Source: Guillardia theta CCMP2712 (taxonomy: Eukaryota; Protista; Cryptophyta). Taken from it: DNA of 64,000 bases. Made by a program: the position numbers and the translations under genes. The DNA lies in the NCBI RefSeq assembly GCF_000315625.1, contig NW_005434617.1, positions 355,085 through 419,084 of the forward strand. Reading direction: 5' to 3'. The notes under the pieces were generated by a model. It did not search any database. It was not told the origin of the DNA and saw nothing but the letters and a program-made list of their open reading frames with translations. Of this stretch, positions 1 to 14,032 are shown in pieces; the first letter of the stretch is position 1; the number at the start of each line of letters is the position of its first letter.

Positions 1-3000
1 AGAGGAGGAGGAGTTGCAGATGCTCTGAAGGAGGAGGAAGAGAGGAAAGCTTCATCTACCTCAAGTGCTGACGTGTAAGATGCGACAGCCTCTGCGAACT
101 TCTTGTTTTGAAATGCAATGTTCCCCCTATTCCTCCCGTCTTGCAGTTTACAGAGCACAGAGAGTTCCTGCAACAACAATTCAATAAGCTCATCGTCCTC
201 GTTTTACCTCCTCCTCCTTTCTCCTTCTCCTTTCTCCTCCTCCACCACCTCAACATCTCCCTCTCCTTTTTCCTCCTCTCCGCTCCTCCCCTTCCTCCCG
301 TTGCCCCACCTGCTCACACTGATGCAGGAGGTGTTCCCTTTCTTTGCTTGTCAACCTTGAGGTCCACGTCCAATCAACCCGGTCATACTCACAGCCCGAC
401 GTTGACACGTGCGGTCGATGTTGAGTGCAGTGGCCGCGGCGGATCGCTGAGAAGTTCAACGCCTTCTCGTCCGACAAGCTCTCAGCGTTGTAGAGGTTGC
501 AAGAAATAGCGCTGCGGAGGATCCTGGAGAGAGGGAGGGAGGGAGGGAGGAAGGGAGGGAGGAAGGGAGGGAGAGAGAGAGGGAGAGAGGTAGGGAGAGG
601 GAGGGAGAGATTGTCAGACGCAGGAGCAAGGTAGAAATTCATTTCACCTCTCCGAACCCTCGACATCGCCGCTCAGATGTAGAGCACGGGCGTGTAGCAG
701 CCACATCTCTGGAGCGATCGGGATCTTTGTTGATGGCGAGGAGGAGGAAGAGGAGGAGGAAGAGGAGGAGGCAGAGGAGGAGGAGGAGGAGGAGGGATGT
801 ACATCATTGGGGCTGATGAGAGTTGACTCGCAGATGGCAATGGCTTCGGTGAATTTCTTCATCACAAGCAGGCTTCTCACCTTGGAGAGGAAGTGAGGAG
901 TCGATGAGAGGAGATACAAGAACACGCGAGGAGAGAATCGAAGGAGGAAGAGGAAGAGGAAAAGGAAGTTGAAGTTGAAGAGGAAGTTGAAGTTGAAGTT
1001 GAAGAGGGTGGAGTATAAGGAGGAGAGACAGGAACAGAGGGCAGGATCGAAGGGTCTTCTTCTCACTTTCACGATCGTCGGGAGTACAGACGCTGGCGAG
1101 AGGAACTGACAAAAATCTTCACAAGGTCGCAACAGCAGAAGAGAAGCATTGTCACCTGCGCCTTCTCTCCCAACGTCATCGCATAGCTTGCCATCTCCTC
1201 CTCCTGATGCAGAAAGAACAAGAGGGGGAGGCCGAAGAGAGAAAGTGAAGTGAGCGAGAGGGGGGGGGTGGGTAAGATTGAGAGATGAGTGGGGAGAGTC
1301 CGTGAGGAGAGGAGAGAGAGGGGAAGAAGAGTGAGGAAGAGAGGGGAGGGAAGGAGAGGAGTGAGGAGGGGAGGGGAGGGAGGGAAAGGAGCGTCAGTAT
1401 CTGCTAATCTCGACTCCTTCCTCTACCTGTCTCTTCCTCTCCTCATCCAGCACGTCATCTCCAGGCGCCTCCTCCTCCTTGGAAGACCCTCCCAGCCAGC
1501 CCCCGTGTGAAAAACCTTGACTGCACGTGCACAGCGACAGCAGCGATCGCGATCTTCCGATGAAGTGCTCCACGTTTGCAACCATGTCAAGGGCCTGCAG
1601 CCATGTTTACCTCCTGGCTCCTGGCTCCTGGCTCCTGGCTTCCCTCGTCCCCCTCCTACCTCCCTTTCTCCTACCACCCTTCCACCTTGTCCTCGCTCCC
1701 TCTGTCCACCCTCCCTTGCTCAAACTTCCTCGTCCTCTCTCTCTCTCTCTCTGTCTCTGTCTCTCTGTCTCTGTCTCTCTGTTCCCTCTGCTGCAAGTCC
1801 CGACCCACAGCATAGGCTGCCCCCCATCACTCGTCCCTCCCCGTCTCCCGGCCCCCTGTACCTGTCTGCCAGCGGTGATGAGGTCCAGGTGGTAGATCGC
1901 CTGAGCGGCGTCGGGGGAAGGAGGAGGGTTTACCACCTTGCTCAGGTGCCATTGCGCATCGACAGTTCGTCCAAGAGCCAGGAGGGCACGGCCAGCACAG
2001 AGGTGGGCGAGCACAGAGGTCGACTGGAGAGGATCAATCAGAACGAGAAATCCTCCTCCTCCTCCTCCTCCTCCTCCTCCTCCTCCTCCTCCTCCTCCTC
2101 CTCCTCCTCCTCCTCCTATCATTGTTGATAACTTATCCTGTTGCACTTCCGTACGCCTGTTGGTGTTCTCCGCCCCTTCTCCTCCTCCTTCCCCTCCTCC
2201 TCGCATCTTGCCCTCACCGTGATTTTGGATGCAGTGACAGCATGCAAGGAAGCTTCTCGGTACCTTTGTGACTCACAGTCAGCGTCCTCTTCCATCCCTC
2301 TCTTCTCCCCTGACCTCTTCAGATGCAGGAGGGCGACGCTCGCACGAATCCACAGGGTGGCGTTACATGGACGTTGCTGTGAAGGAGGGAGAACGCATCA
2401 GAAACATTCAACGAGGAGAGGAGGAGAAGGGCGGAGACAAGCGGTGGAGGGGAAGGGAGTGGACAAGTGGAGAAGAGGAGAAGGGAGGGCTAGGAAGTGT
2501 TACCTCCAGCAGTTCACGGATCAAAGGGAAAGCTTCAGAACATTTCTCAGCATCGAGGAGGGAGAGAGCTCGAGCTGAAGCTTGCAGGAAAACCTCCTCC
2601 TCCGTCTCCCTCCTGCTCTTCTCTGTACTGCTGCTTCCCTTCTCAAAGACAATCTCCTCCTCCTCCTCCTCTCTCTTCTTCCTCAGCGGTGAATGAGTGG
2701 GAGACTGATATGGCGACTCCTCGTCTTCCAGCAGGCCCACCCTTGCTGCTGCTTCTACAGCCTCCTTCATCTGTTCCAGGGACTCTCTCTGCAGCCTCGA
2801 TGAGTCAAGAGGTCGTGGACAGATGACGGGACGGACAACGGGGACAGACAGGAAGTGAAGTGTAGAGAAGTCGAGAGGAGAGATGGGAAGAGGAGAGGAG
2901 AGATGGGAAGAGGAGAGGAGACGAGACGAGACGAGAGGAGAGGAGAGGAGAAGAGATGAGATGAGATGAGATGAGATGAAACTAGGCAGGAAGCCTTGAA

Positions 3001-3554
3001 ACAAGTCGAAGGGTGAAGAGGAGAGAGGATTAGAAGAGCGGGCACACCTGGACTTGAATGCTGACGGGAGGATCATCGAGCGTTATGCCTTCAACAGCAG
3101 ATCTCATCCTGCTGTGCGAGGGCTCGTCCGAGGGAGGCGGCATGGCGGAGCGCGGATAAACGTACCGTCCCGAGGGCTTCCGATGATTCTTCACCTCCTC
3201 GCCGAGCGAGTCGATGTCCGGCACACAACCAACCACCGACGGGTCCCACGCCTCCGCTGCAGCTCGTGATTTGCTCACAAAGTCCTCGACACGGAGGTTG
3301 AGCTTGCCCAACAAGTCCATGCGCTCCTTCATGCCGTCCGCCTCACTCGTCCGGTTCGTCCTCCTCCCCTCCCCGCTGCTCTGAGCAAAGAACGGATTCC
3401 CGCCTCGCATGCGGAGCAGTCCCTTCAACGGGCCAGCTCGACATGCCGCCATGAAGCGCTCTCGATTCATGTCCCTGGTGTTGATGGTGGGACGGAGGAA
3501 GAGGAAGAAGAGCAGGAGCAGCGCCATGTGCCTGATGGAGCATGTACCATGCAT
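1..3554 (-). CDS. Multi-exon TPR-like helical-repeat protein with hydrophobic N-terminal leader; 3' end runs off the window
   Basis: Exon peptides resemble TPR helices: VRSLLVMKKFTEAIAICE, WLLHARALHLSGDVEGS, AHLCAGRALLALGRTVDAQWHLSKVV, QASARALSLLDAEKCSEAFPLIRELLE. Candidate ATG at 3554 (MHGTCSIRHMALLLLFFLFLRP...LRMRGG). GT-AG introns are filled with GA/CT repeats. Confidence 0.55.
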
Positions 3555-4191
3555 CGCTATGCTTCCGGAGTACAAAAGGGCTTCTTCCTCCCTCACCTTG
3601 TCGTCCTCGAAGAGGCGGGAGAGGGAGGAAGGGGATGAAGGGAGGAACACAACCAAGGAACAGAGGCAGCGACAGAGGAGGGGAGGAGGAGAAGAGAGGG
3701 GGGCGTTGACGCGCGAGGAGAGACGGTTGCGGTGAGGGGGGGGGGGGGGAGAGGGCGGGGGGGGCGGGCGGGAAGGAGGGGGGTAATAACCTGATATGCG
3801 GGGAGGAGGGGGGCCAGGGAAAGACCTACAAGTGGGAGATATTCCCGAAGATGGTAAGGCGGCGAGTGTGGGAGAGGGAGAGGGAGAGGGAGGGAGAGGG
3901 AGAGGGAGAGGGAGAGAGAGGAGAGGAAAGAGCAGGAGGGCAGGAAGCAGGAGGAGGGAGGAGGGAGGAGGGAGGAGAAAGAGACTGTGTAAAGGTGGAC
4001 AGGAGCGATTAGGACGAGAGGATAGTTTACAGCACTGGGACATCCAGGACGACCAGGCATGTTGGGGAGGAGGAGGGAGCGGGAAGGAACGAGAAGAGGA
4101 GGAGAAGAGAGGGACGGGTATACGACGATCCTTTACAAGACAAGAAAATTAGCAAGGATGCTTGTCAGTAACAAGGTGTGCAGGGAAAGAA

Positions 4192-5628
4192 TCATCCGCG
4201 GTTCGCAATGCTCAGCAGCCACTCGGAGCTTCGCTTCATGAAGGGATCCCGGTACTGCGGCAGCTCGTTGTGGAGCTGGAGCAGGAGGAGGCCATGTCAG
4301 AGACGGCAGGACTGGTGCCCGCACCTCGCCTTACCTCGTGGTATCCTCCCTCGATTGGGACGAACTCCTTGGAGCTGGAGCTCGTGTTCTTGTGAAACCT
4401 CTCGCTCCCATCGGGGTTCGTGATATGGTCCGCTGGCGCACGTCGTGAGTTCCTTCTCGCACACGGACGCCTCGGTCGCTCACCGCTGCCATGGAAGAGG
4501 ATGTAAGGCAGCGAGATCGACCCGGCGTCATCCTGGGCCCTCGCGATCGCGGTCAGCATCTCTGCTCCCCACCTCACTCGCAGTCCCCTGCAGAGCACCC
4601 GCACAGGTCAGGAGGAGCTCACTCACTAGCTGAGCTGCAGCTGGGAGGTACCCGTGATAGACCAGGGGGTCGCTATGGAACGCCTCGTTGAGTTTGTCAT
4701 CGTGCGACAGCGGGAACTTTCTGGCAGGCCCTCGCTCCCACGGGACGGCGAACTTGGGGACGAGGTTGCTGCTCGGCACGCGCGGGGAGTGAGCGCTCTC
4801 GCAGCATGCAGCATGCAGACAGACCTGAGCGTCCTCGCCAGGAACTGAGCGAACGGCGACGCTGCTTTAGGATCGACTTCGAGCGCTGGCCCAGTCAGCA
4901 TCAACGCCTTCCACTGGGCCGCGTACTTGCTGCTGTCCTGTGAAGGACTCGATCACACGGCACGACGATCAGCTTCCTCCTCTCACCAGGATGACGTGAG
5001 TGGCGACTAGACCACCCATGGAATGTCCCCAGACCACCCGGGGAAGTTTGGAAAGCCTTTGGGAACAACAGTCAGCCGTCATGGAGCCGCTCGCATCATC
5101 AGCCATCCTCCCTGCTCCCTCTCTTACGCGGGATGTCTCTCCATCACGAATTGCACGTAGTCGTAGAAATCGCTGACGTAGTCTGCAAAGTGCTCGATGT
5201 AAACCCGCTCTCCTTCTGAAAGCACAGAGTTTCGGTCAGCCAAGGGACCGCATGCAGGAATCGGGAGCGAACCGCTCTTGCCGTGCCCCTGATGGTCATG
5301 GGAGAAGACCGCAAATCCAAGAGATTTATATTCCTCCGCCGTCTTGTCATATCTCTCGCAGTACTCTGCCAAACCTGTCTCCCTCTCAGTTTCTTGCTCC
5401 AGGCAACATCCCCCTACCATGGATGATGAACAGAACGCCTTTGGGCTGACCGGAGGGCATCCAAGACCTGTAGTGCAGATACATCCCTTGACTGCCATCA
5501 TCTCAGGAGCTAGATCGACAGCGAACGCCCCCTTACCTCGTCTTGAAGTAATCGGCTTCATTGCCCGGCGGCTTGCGGTCCCGTTGTGCATCGAGAAGCA
5601 CTTTCTGCTTGCTTTGCGTCACGCCCAT
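4192..5628 (-). CDS. MGLL: Monoglyceride lipase / lysophospholipase (alpha/beta hydrolase, Hydrolase_4 type)
   Basis: Spliced exons give MGVTQSK..., YLHYRSWMPSGQPKGVLFIIHG, LAEYCERY...DHQGHGKS/EGER, the nucleophile elbow WGHSMGG, DPLVYHG, LPYILFHGS.DHIT and GGYHE/LHNE (Ser-Asp-His triad). Introns are short GT-AG. Confidence 0.9.
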
Positions 5629-6489
5629 CTGAAATACACTAAGTACGTTTCTTGAACACGGTGTCGCTTCTTATTTCATGCTCATCCCTGACATAGATGT
5701 CTGCTGCCTTGCCCCTTGGCAAAGAAATCACTAGCCCTTCCGAATCGCTTCGACACCCCCCATCAAGCATCTTGCTGCTTCCCTCCCTGCTTCCCTCTCC
5801 CTGGATCTTTCTCCCTGCATGATCCCTCTTGCACTCCTCGCTCCCTTGCTTCTCCTCCCCGCCATTTCCAGGTCCACTCTTCTTCCTCGAGCATTTCAGA
5901 CCTTGGAGCGATCGCAACAGGTATAAATTGTATAATGCGCCCTTGCTTTTAAAAACATTGTTGGAATGATAAAAGAATTTTTACATTTTGTGAAACAATT
6001 AAAAATAATTTATAAATTTCTTTATATACTTTTATTGGGTTAAAAAGGTATTTGAGCCAAAATTTGTAACCCTAAAAATCCATCATCGACTATATACGTC
6101 TACAAATTATAAACCATATTTTATAAGAAAGATTATAAAAGATTGTACAGCGACGCTATGGTGGGGAACGTCAGGGAGTTGGGGCGGGAGGAGGGGGAGG
6201 GAAATTGTTTTTTGGGGGGTTTTGCGATGGTGGCGATGAATCTATGATGAGAGGAAGATGGTGGAGATGGACAAGATGACAGGGGCACCCTGTCACGGCA
6301 TGAGTGTTGGCGTTGAAGGTTGCAGTCGTGATCGGAGATGACGATGAAGAGAAAGATATGGATGATGTCTCGAGGAGATTGTTGTGGAAATGAGAAATGA
6401 TGAGGATACAGGGTTTGAGGTGAAAGGTCTAACTCTGTGTGAAGGGGTTTGCTTCCAATATGAACATGTTTCGACAAACCTCCTCAGGT

Positions 6490-8010
6490 GATCCTAAGAA
6501 GACAAGGGAAGGAGCACGTGTTTTCCTCATATTGTGCTGTACCAGGGGACAGAGCCAGTGAGAATCGTACCCGTGCTACCTCCACGAGGAGCAGAATCCA
6601 GGTGAGGGCTCAGAGGGGGAGGGAGCGGAGCCTGGCTGACTGTGAGGATGATTTCTAGGTCAACGGTGAAGCGGAGCAAGCATGTGAGTTTTTGCGACTT
6701 CCATCCGTGTTGGTCATGTGCTGCTTCAATCCTCCTGACTGCAAGTCAGCCATAGATGGGGAAGTTCGTCCTGCAGAAGTCATCCCTGCTGCAGACGAGG
6801 ACAGCAGCGTTGGCCTGCCCGAAAGGTGAGAATGGGGAGCGTTCATGGACGTTGCCGATATCATGGGAGGCAGGGAGGCAGGGAGGGAAGAGAGAAGATT
6901 GGGCGGGAGGGAGTGAATTGTTGAGTTGCAGATCATGGGGCAGGGGAGGGAGTGAACAACCGAACAGGTCCGACATGTTTCCTTTCCTTCCTGCCCCCTC
7001 TTCTGCTCCCTTATCTTTTTTACCTCTTTCTCACCGCTCACGGAGGAGGAGGAGGAGGAGGAGGAGGAGCAACGCTGAGATGCTCTCGTGGCAGACACTC
7101 TTCCTGCCGGCATTGTCACAAGAGTCTCGGCACGTGCTCGTGTAGAGTTCCTCCCGACGTTCCTTCTTCCTCACCAACAAGAGGAGCCGCCCCTATCATC
7201 ACAGACTGGCAGAACAGGTTCCGCTCCTGCTCCTGATTCTGCTCCTCATCCTGCTCTTGCTCCTGCCTCCCCCTGCCATCCTGCCATCCTCCCTCCTCCC
7301 TCCTCCCTCCTCCCTCCTCCCTCCTCCCTCCTGATCCTGATCCTGATCCTGATCCTGATCCTGATCCTGATCCTGATCCTGATCCTGATCCTGATCCTGA
7401 TCCTGATCCTGATCCTTGACCTTCGTTGTCATTTTGATCTCTTACGCCATCTCTCTCCTTTGTTTCACTCCTTTTTCATACGCTACTGTTGCCCGGCGCA
7501 TTTGTTTCCTTCTCTCTCCCTCTCCCCCTTCCCTATCCTCTGTCCCCACCTTCCTCCCTCCCCCCCCTCCTCCTGCTGCCTCCCTCTCCCTCCTCCCTCC
7601 TCTCTTCGGCTCACCCCTCCCCTCCTGTGACCTCTCGCAGGTATGCGGTCTGCAGGAGGTGCGGGAAGCAAGGAGTTGTCTGCCGCTGCGTCGGCGATGA
7701 GTGGGAGCGACTCACGCATGGGAGGGGAAGTGAAAACGCGGTGCACGTGAACGAGGAGACTAGGAGGTGAAAAGAGCAGAGCAGGAAGAGAGGAGAGGAG
7801 GGGAGAGGAGGGGAGGGAGGAGGGGAGAGGAGATGTGGGGCGATTGGGAAGGGCAGTAAGGGAGGGCAACGTGGATGATGAGGAGGATGGTTTGGAGGTC
7901 TTGTCTGATTTGTCATCATGCAGCCATGCAGGGGAGCATGAGAGCAGGAGGAATGCGGGAGCCACTGGCACAACCTTGACGATCCGATTGCGCATGCCTG
8001 AATCAGGAGG

Positions 8011-8076
<66 letters not shown>

Positions 8077-9445
8077 AGCTAGAGGTCACGACGAACACTC
8101 CGAAGGCAGCAGGTCGCACCAGGATTCAGCTCAGGTGTTGCTCGTGCAGCCTTGAAATCGAGAAATTCATACTCCCTCCTCACTGATCCTGTCTGCCTCC
8201 TGCCCCCCAACCTGCCCTTCCCTTCGTCACACCTCCCTTCCTCCCTCCTCTTCTCTTCTCTCTCCTCTCCTCTCCTCCTCGCCACGTCCCTCCTCTCCTC
8301 CCTGCTATTTCGTCCTTCCACTCCCTTCCTTCTCCGTCCATCCCTCCCTCTCCTCCCCCCTCTCCTCTTCCTTCCTCTCCTCTTCTCCTCCTTCTCCTCC
8401 ACCCTCCCCACCTCCTTGCTAACTGTACGACCTCAGCCGGACTTTCTTCTCCCGGAAGGACTCTCCATCCCCCCAGAGATGCTTTGCCCCATTAGCAGCG
8501 ACATAAGTCAGTTCTCAACATTTTTCCTCCTCCTCCTCTTCCACCACCACCACCACCACCACCACCACCACCTCCTCCTCCTCCTCCTCCTCCTCCTCAC
8601 CCTCCTCCTCACCCTCCTCCTCCTCCTCCTCCTCCTCCTCCACCCTCCCTCCTCCACCCTCCCTCCTCACCCTCCTCCTCCTCCTCCTCCTCCTCCTCCT
8701 CCTCCTCCTCCTCCTCACCCTCCTTGCAGTGAAGGACCCTGTTATCTGCTCCGACGGGCACACATATGAGAGGGAAGCCATCACACGGGTGAGGAGAGGA
8801 CAAGCCGAGCAGTGTTGAGGTGTTGTTGAAGTTTTGAATGGATGCGGAAGTGTTGTTGGTGTTGTTGAGGTGTACTTGTAGTGTTGTTGATGATGGAGAT
8901 GAAAACCAAGACGTATGAGGTTTGAAGGATTGCAGTGATCACAACATGACATGATGTCGATGGGGGATGACGTGATAAACATGGTCAAGAATGACCAGAT
9001 TTGACCTTTGTGACGAGATGTGCGAGAGTGGTGATTGTGCTGGATGTTTGCAGTTGCAAACACAAAATTTAATGACTTGCAAGATTGAAAACTGAAGATG
9101 TTACTCCCAAAATGTGTCTTGTAAGACAACACATGACATCAGATGTAATGACGCCCTCGTGACATCCGATGTAATGACGAGTTTGTTTGTGTCGTATGAA
9201 TTGTAAGGTTGTGAGGATTCGAGATGTTTCAAGTCTTCAACGTCAGTCATCTGATCTTTCTCCACTCAGTGGGTAAAGAGGAAGGCAACATCTCCCATGA
9301 CGAATCAGAGTCTGCAAGAGGTGATGGGATTGAGTCGTGGGACTTCGAGCCTTGTTCACCTTCATTGCAGCCAGTTATGCTGATTCCCAATCATGCGCTG
9401 AGGAGCTTGATTCAGTCTTTCATCGAGAACAACAAGATTTCTTGA
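6490..9445 (+). CDS. U-box domain protein (putative E3 ubiquitin ligase); 5' exons uncertain
   Basis: Exons at ~8440-9445 give IPPEMLCPISSDI / KDPVICSDGHTYEREAITR / WVKRKATSPMTNQSL / LIPNHALRSLIQSF, a canonical U-box. Upstream exons are only tentatively linked. Confidence 0.8.
7331..7416. repeat. (CTGATC)n hexanucleotide microsatellite, intronic
   Basis: Perfect tandem run seen directly in the sequence. Confidence 0.95.
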
Positions 9446-9703
9446 CGTCGGCGACATCAGATCCCTCACGGCGAGCTGCCTTCGAAAGACAACAAGGCAT
9501 TGATGCTGGCCAAGACAGACGATACGTTATTGATCTCTTACCGCCCCCTACGCTCCCCCCCCCGGCCACCACCACCACCACCACCACCACCACCTCCCTC
9601 CCTCCATCATCGTTCTCTATTTTTATCCCCCCTACCTCCCTCGCCCCCCCTCCTCTTTCTCTCTCTCCTTCCTTCATGTAAATCTCAGTCTTCTTTAATG
9701 TCT

Positions 9704-9826
9704 TCACGCAACCGTGAGGTCGTCTTTGTAATACAAGTGCAAGGAAGGGATGAAATAATCGTCATCCAACCCGAGCTCTTCAAACTCTTCACTCTCGTCC
9801 ACAACCTGCGTCCTTGTCAACATCCA

Positions 9827-9909
<83 letters not shown>

Positions 9910-10176
9910 TCCTGTCCCCATCCTCCTCCACATCATCATCAACTACAACTACAACAACAACCACAACCACCACAAGATCATCATCATATCACCACAACAA
10001 TCATCATCATCATGTAACTAAATTTTCATCATCTCACCCCGTTCTGTTCCAATGTTTTCTTCATGTCCAACACAACCATCTCCTTCTCAACCCCAGGACG
10101 AGGCAACCTCTTCCAGGTGTAGCTGATGTTGACAAGCAAAGCAAACGTCAGCGACATCAACTTTCAGGAGGAGGAG

Positions 10177-10210
<34 letters not shown>

Positions 10211-10772
10211 GTGGGAGTGTTGCTGGGGAAGGGGGCACATAGAAAGGAGAACAACTATTTCTCCCCATAAACATCAACACAGGAGCAAGTTGACATCCTG
10301 TTGAGCTCAACAAGTCACTCAGATCGAACATGACAACCTCGCGGCATGCTTGTTGTGCATGAGATACTTGCTTTGAATCTGCTCGAGAATGTCTTCCGAA
10401 CAGACCTGCACGAACCTATTACAAAACTCTACTCCCCCCTCAGCCTCCCCTCCCCTCCCCTCCCCTCTTCCCTCTCCTCTCCTCTCCTCTCCTCTCCTGT
10501 TCTCCCTACCTCTACTGTGTGCTCATCCTTTGTCAACATGTTTACGATCCGAATCATCCTCGTCTTCTTTGACAGCATTCCCACCCAATATTTCGGCTCA
10601 GCAGATTCATGATCTTTCCACCTGCGAGAGAGTGAGGCGATTGGAGGAGGGCCAAGGTGAGGAGAAACGAAAGAGGAAGGTGACGAGAAGTAAAACGAAA
10701 GTCGCATCCCTTGTCCGAAAAATGTTTGACACAAGTCTCTGTACGTTGTCTATCATCATCATCATCATCATC

Positions 10773-10809
<37 letters not shown>

Positions 10810-11512
10810 CGATCAACATCTTTATCATCATCTCCTCTCCATCATCTTTATCAATATCATCATCATTCCATCAGTTTCCAGTTTTCTACTCACCAAGGGA
10901 GATCGAAGTCTGTATTGAAGTCCATGCTAGGATCAGACGGCGGAATGTGGAGAAATCGTCCCATCGGAGTGTAGTATTCCTCTATCCCCGTCTCCATATT
11001 GATGTGCCTGTTTGTTTCAAAAATATCAATATCGCCGTTGTGGCACCATCAAAATCAGTTTCTTCAATCATGAAATTATCATAATCATCATCTACATCGT
11101 CATCCTCCTCTGCTTTATCATCCATCTCCATCCTCCTCCTCCTCATCATCATCATCATCATGCTCCTGCTCCAGCTCCTCATCTTGTACCTCTTAACATC
11201 CCCCTTCGGATCAAACCAGTGCGATATGTCCTTCCCTGCCGCATCCGCGATGGGCTGGATCAGAGCTCCTGCAAGCTTAACAGTCATTCTTCTCCTCTTC
11301 TCCGCATCTTCATACCAACCTTTGTTCTCCAGTATGAGATCTGTCAGGTTGTACACTCTTCCCAGAAAGGACACCCAGCAGTCATTTTGCTACGAACACA
11401 CATCAGGAGGAGGAGAAATGAGAGGGTGCAGCCATTGCACAGCTCTTACCGATGAGTTGTGTGAAGCAACCTCGTTCGGTGTGAAGTAAGTCCTTGTCAA
11501 GTCCTCATGCAT
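9704..11512 (-). CDS. CYB5D1: Cytochrome b5 domain-containing protein 1 (flagellar FAP198-like)
   Basis: Exons give [12 protein letters not shown] / [18 protein letters not shown] / [10 protein letters not shown] / [13 protein letters not shown]...DFDLPWW / [20 protein letters not shown] / SYTWK / [20 protein letters not shown], matching the CYB5D1 family throughout. Confidence 0.9.
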
Positions 11513-11737
11513 CTTCCTGCTCTCAGTAGGATCATTCCACTGCTCTCCTTTAATATGATCTTCCTCTCAGACGGAATTTCATTGGTGAACAACGTGATTG
11601 CTGCTTCATCTCTGCGTTTTTTCTCCCTGCCTGCCCTCCTGCCCACCCGCCCACCCGCCTGCCCTCCTGCCATCTTCAACCTCCCTCTTTCCCTCCCTCC
11701 CTCCTCCCCCTCCTCCCCCTCCTCCCTCTTCTCTCCC

Positions 11738-11822
11738 TTCTCTCGCTCCTCTGCATGATGCGTCTTCTTCTCGCTCCTCTGCATGCTGCTTCTTCCTCTC
11801 GCTCCCCTGCATGCTGCTTCTG
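11738..11822. repeat. Short degenerate tandem repeat (~28 bp x3)
   Basis: TCTCGCTCC(T/C)CTGCATG(A/C)TGC occurs three times. Confidence 0.75.
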
Positions 11823-12268
11823 TTCGCAAGCTCGATACGCCATGATATCGCCCGCACAACGAAACCAACGGCTACGTCCCTCATCCCCTCGATGACCGGG
11901 CCGTACCCCCGAGGTAGTTTCTACTACACCACTGCAGACACCCGGGAATCTGCCTGGGGAATAAAAAGGTCCTAAGGGGGGATGAGGGCAGGGATCAGTT
12001 GAAAAATGCGGCAAAACGCAATGAAGCGGTGGGAGGAGCAACAGCGGCTGAAGATGATGAGCAAGAAGATAGCAGGAGGTGAGGAGGCATGGAATCATGA
12101 TGCTTGATATGAGGAAGAGAGATCATGCATGGTGTCATGAGCACTGTGCTGTGATATCGTCTTCCATCTTCTCCAGCATTGGAACTTTGGGCTGCTTGTT
12201 TTAGAATTCAAACCTGACATGCGCTCTCTCAGCCAAGTCCGTCCTCAAGTCAGAGAAGTTGACAGGAT

Positions 12269-13976
12269 GTGGTACTGTGTGTTGTCACTCGTACAGCCTT
12301 CCTGATTTTTCTCCTCCAAGGCGGGAAGGTCGGGAAAGGACCAGGGTCAGCTGGAGTCGCAGGGGCGGGCGCAGGGGGGATGTCGGATCATGCCAGCTTC
12401 TACATGGAGGAATCTGATGCTGTAAGGACTGAACATGGAGACGATGTTGATCTGAACATGAAGACGATGTTGATCTGAACATGAAGACGATGTTGATCTG
12501 AGCATGAAGATGATGTCGATCTGAACATGAAGACGATGTTGATCTGAACATGAAGACGATGTTGATCTGAACATGAAGACGATGTTGATCTGAACATGAA
12601 GACGATGTTGATCTGAACATGAAGACGATGTCGATCTGAACATGAAGACGATGTTGATCTGAACATGAAGACGATGTTGATCTGAACATGAAGACGATGT
12701 TGATCTGAACATGAAGACGATGTTGATCTGAACATGAAGACGATGTTGATCTGAACATGAAGACGATGTCGATCTGAACATGAAGACGATGTCGATCTGA
12801 ACATGAAGACGATGTTGATCTGAACATGAAGACGATGTCGATCTGAACATGAAGACGATGTTGATCTGAATATGAAGACGATGTTGATCTGAACATGAAG
12901 ACGATGTTGATCTGAACATGAAGACGATGTTGATCTGAACATGAAGACGATGTTGATCTGATCGAGATTCACAGCAAAGCATTGCGAGTAACAAGAAGAA
13001 TGCGAGGAAGAAGAGGCCTGAATGGAAAGACTTGAATCACATCGACTATTCGGTCATGCCTGACTTGAATTGCTCCTCCTTCACATTGCAGCAAGCTGAT
13101 TTTCTTGTTTTCCTTGTGCAGACGTCAAACAGGAAGATGAGAGCGCCTCCATCAAGCGGCCATACGCCGGAGAGGGTAAGGCACCGCGTGTGTAATGATA
13201 GGATGTCACGCGACAAAGATTGCAGCGACGACAGAGATGGAGATGATGGTGACAATGATGTAGATAGTGACGGTAGTGATCGAGATGTTGGTCATGTGTA
13301 TGTAAACGATGTTCGTGGGCAATGACACGGATGATAAACATGGAGAGCGGCGCTGACGATGGACATCTGATGATCTTTGCAGGCGCGGAGTGCTTTGATT
13401 CAGGGACTGGCGCAGATTGAGGACGCGGTGAAGAGAGCGAGCGGATCTCCGAACACACAGGTAAGGTTGAAGGAGGGAGGACATCGAAATGACGTTGATG
13501 TCTGCAGCTGAGAAACATTGCAAACAACTTCGAGCAACTAGAGGAGATCAAAACGAAGTTGCTCTCGTATGGTGATTGCAGCAGAGGTAAAACTTTGTTG
13601 TCTGTTCACTTTCTCGTTTTGCTGTGATGATGTCACTCCTTACCGCAAAACGAAAGAAGTTCTCTTCTGACGTCGATTTGAAATAGGGAAATCGAAATCC
13701 TCGAAAATTCACGAAGGCATCAAGGACGAGATCGAGAACATTGCAGTGAACAACATCAGGTTGGCAGATGTTTAGCAGATGCTCGCACCACGATGATTCT
13801 GATCGTCTTGACATCAGGGCTTCGATTGATGCCCTCAACAACTTGTTGGACTCTCACCTGGGTGTCCTGCAAGAGTTCTCCAAGGAGGAGGTGAAGTCAC
13901 AATCTTTTGCTGGCCATGCCTGACATGATCGGTGATAACAGAAGCAGCAAGCGCTCGACGACGATGCTGATGCTGA

Positions 13977-14032
<56 letters not shown>

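Noticed and set aside
5925-6140. AT-rich island with a single AACCCTAAA telomere-like word
   Set aside because: It is one unit only and is consistent with ordinary divergent intergenic DNA.
12429-12960. CRISPR-like array
   Set aside because: Units are contiguous with no unique spacers, no cas genes are present, and the context is eukaryotic.
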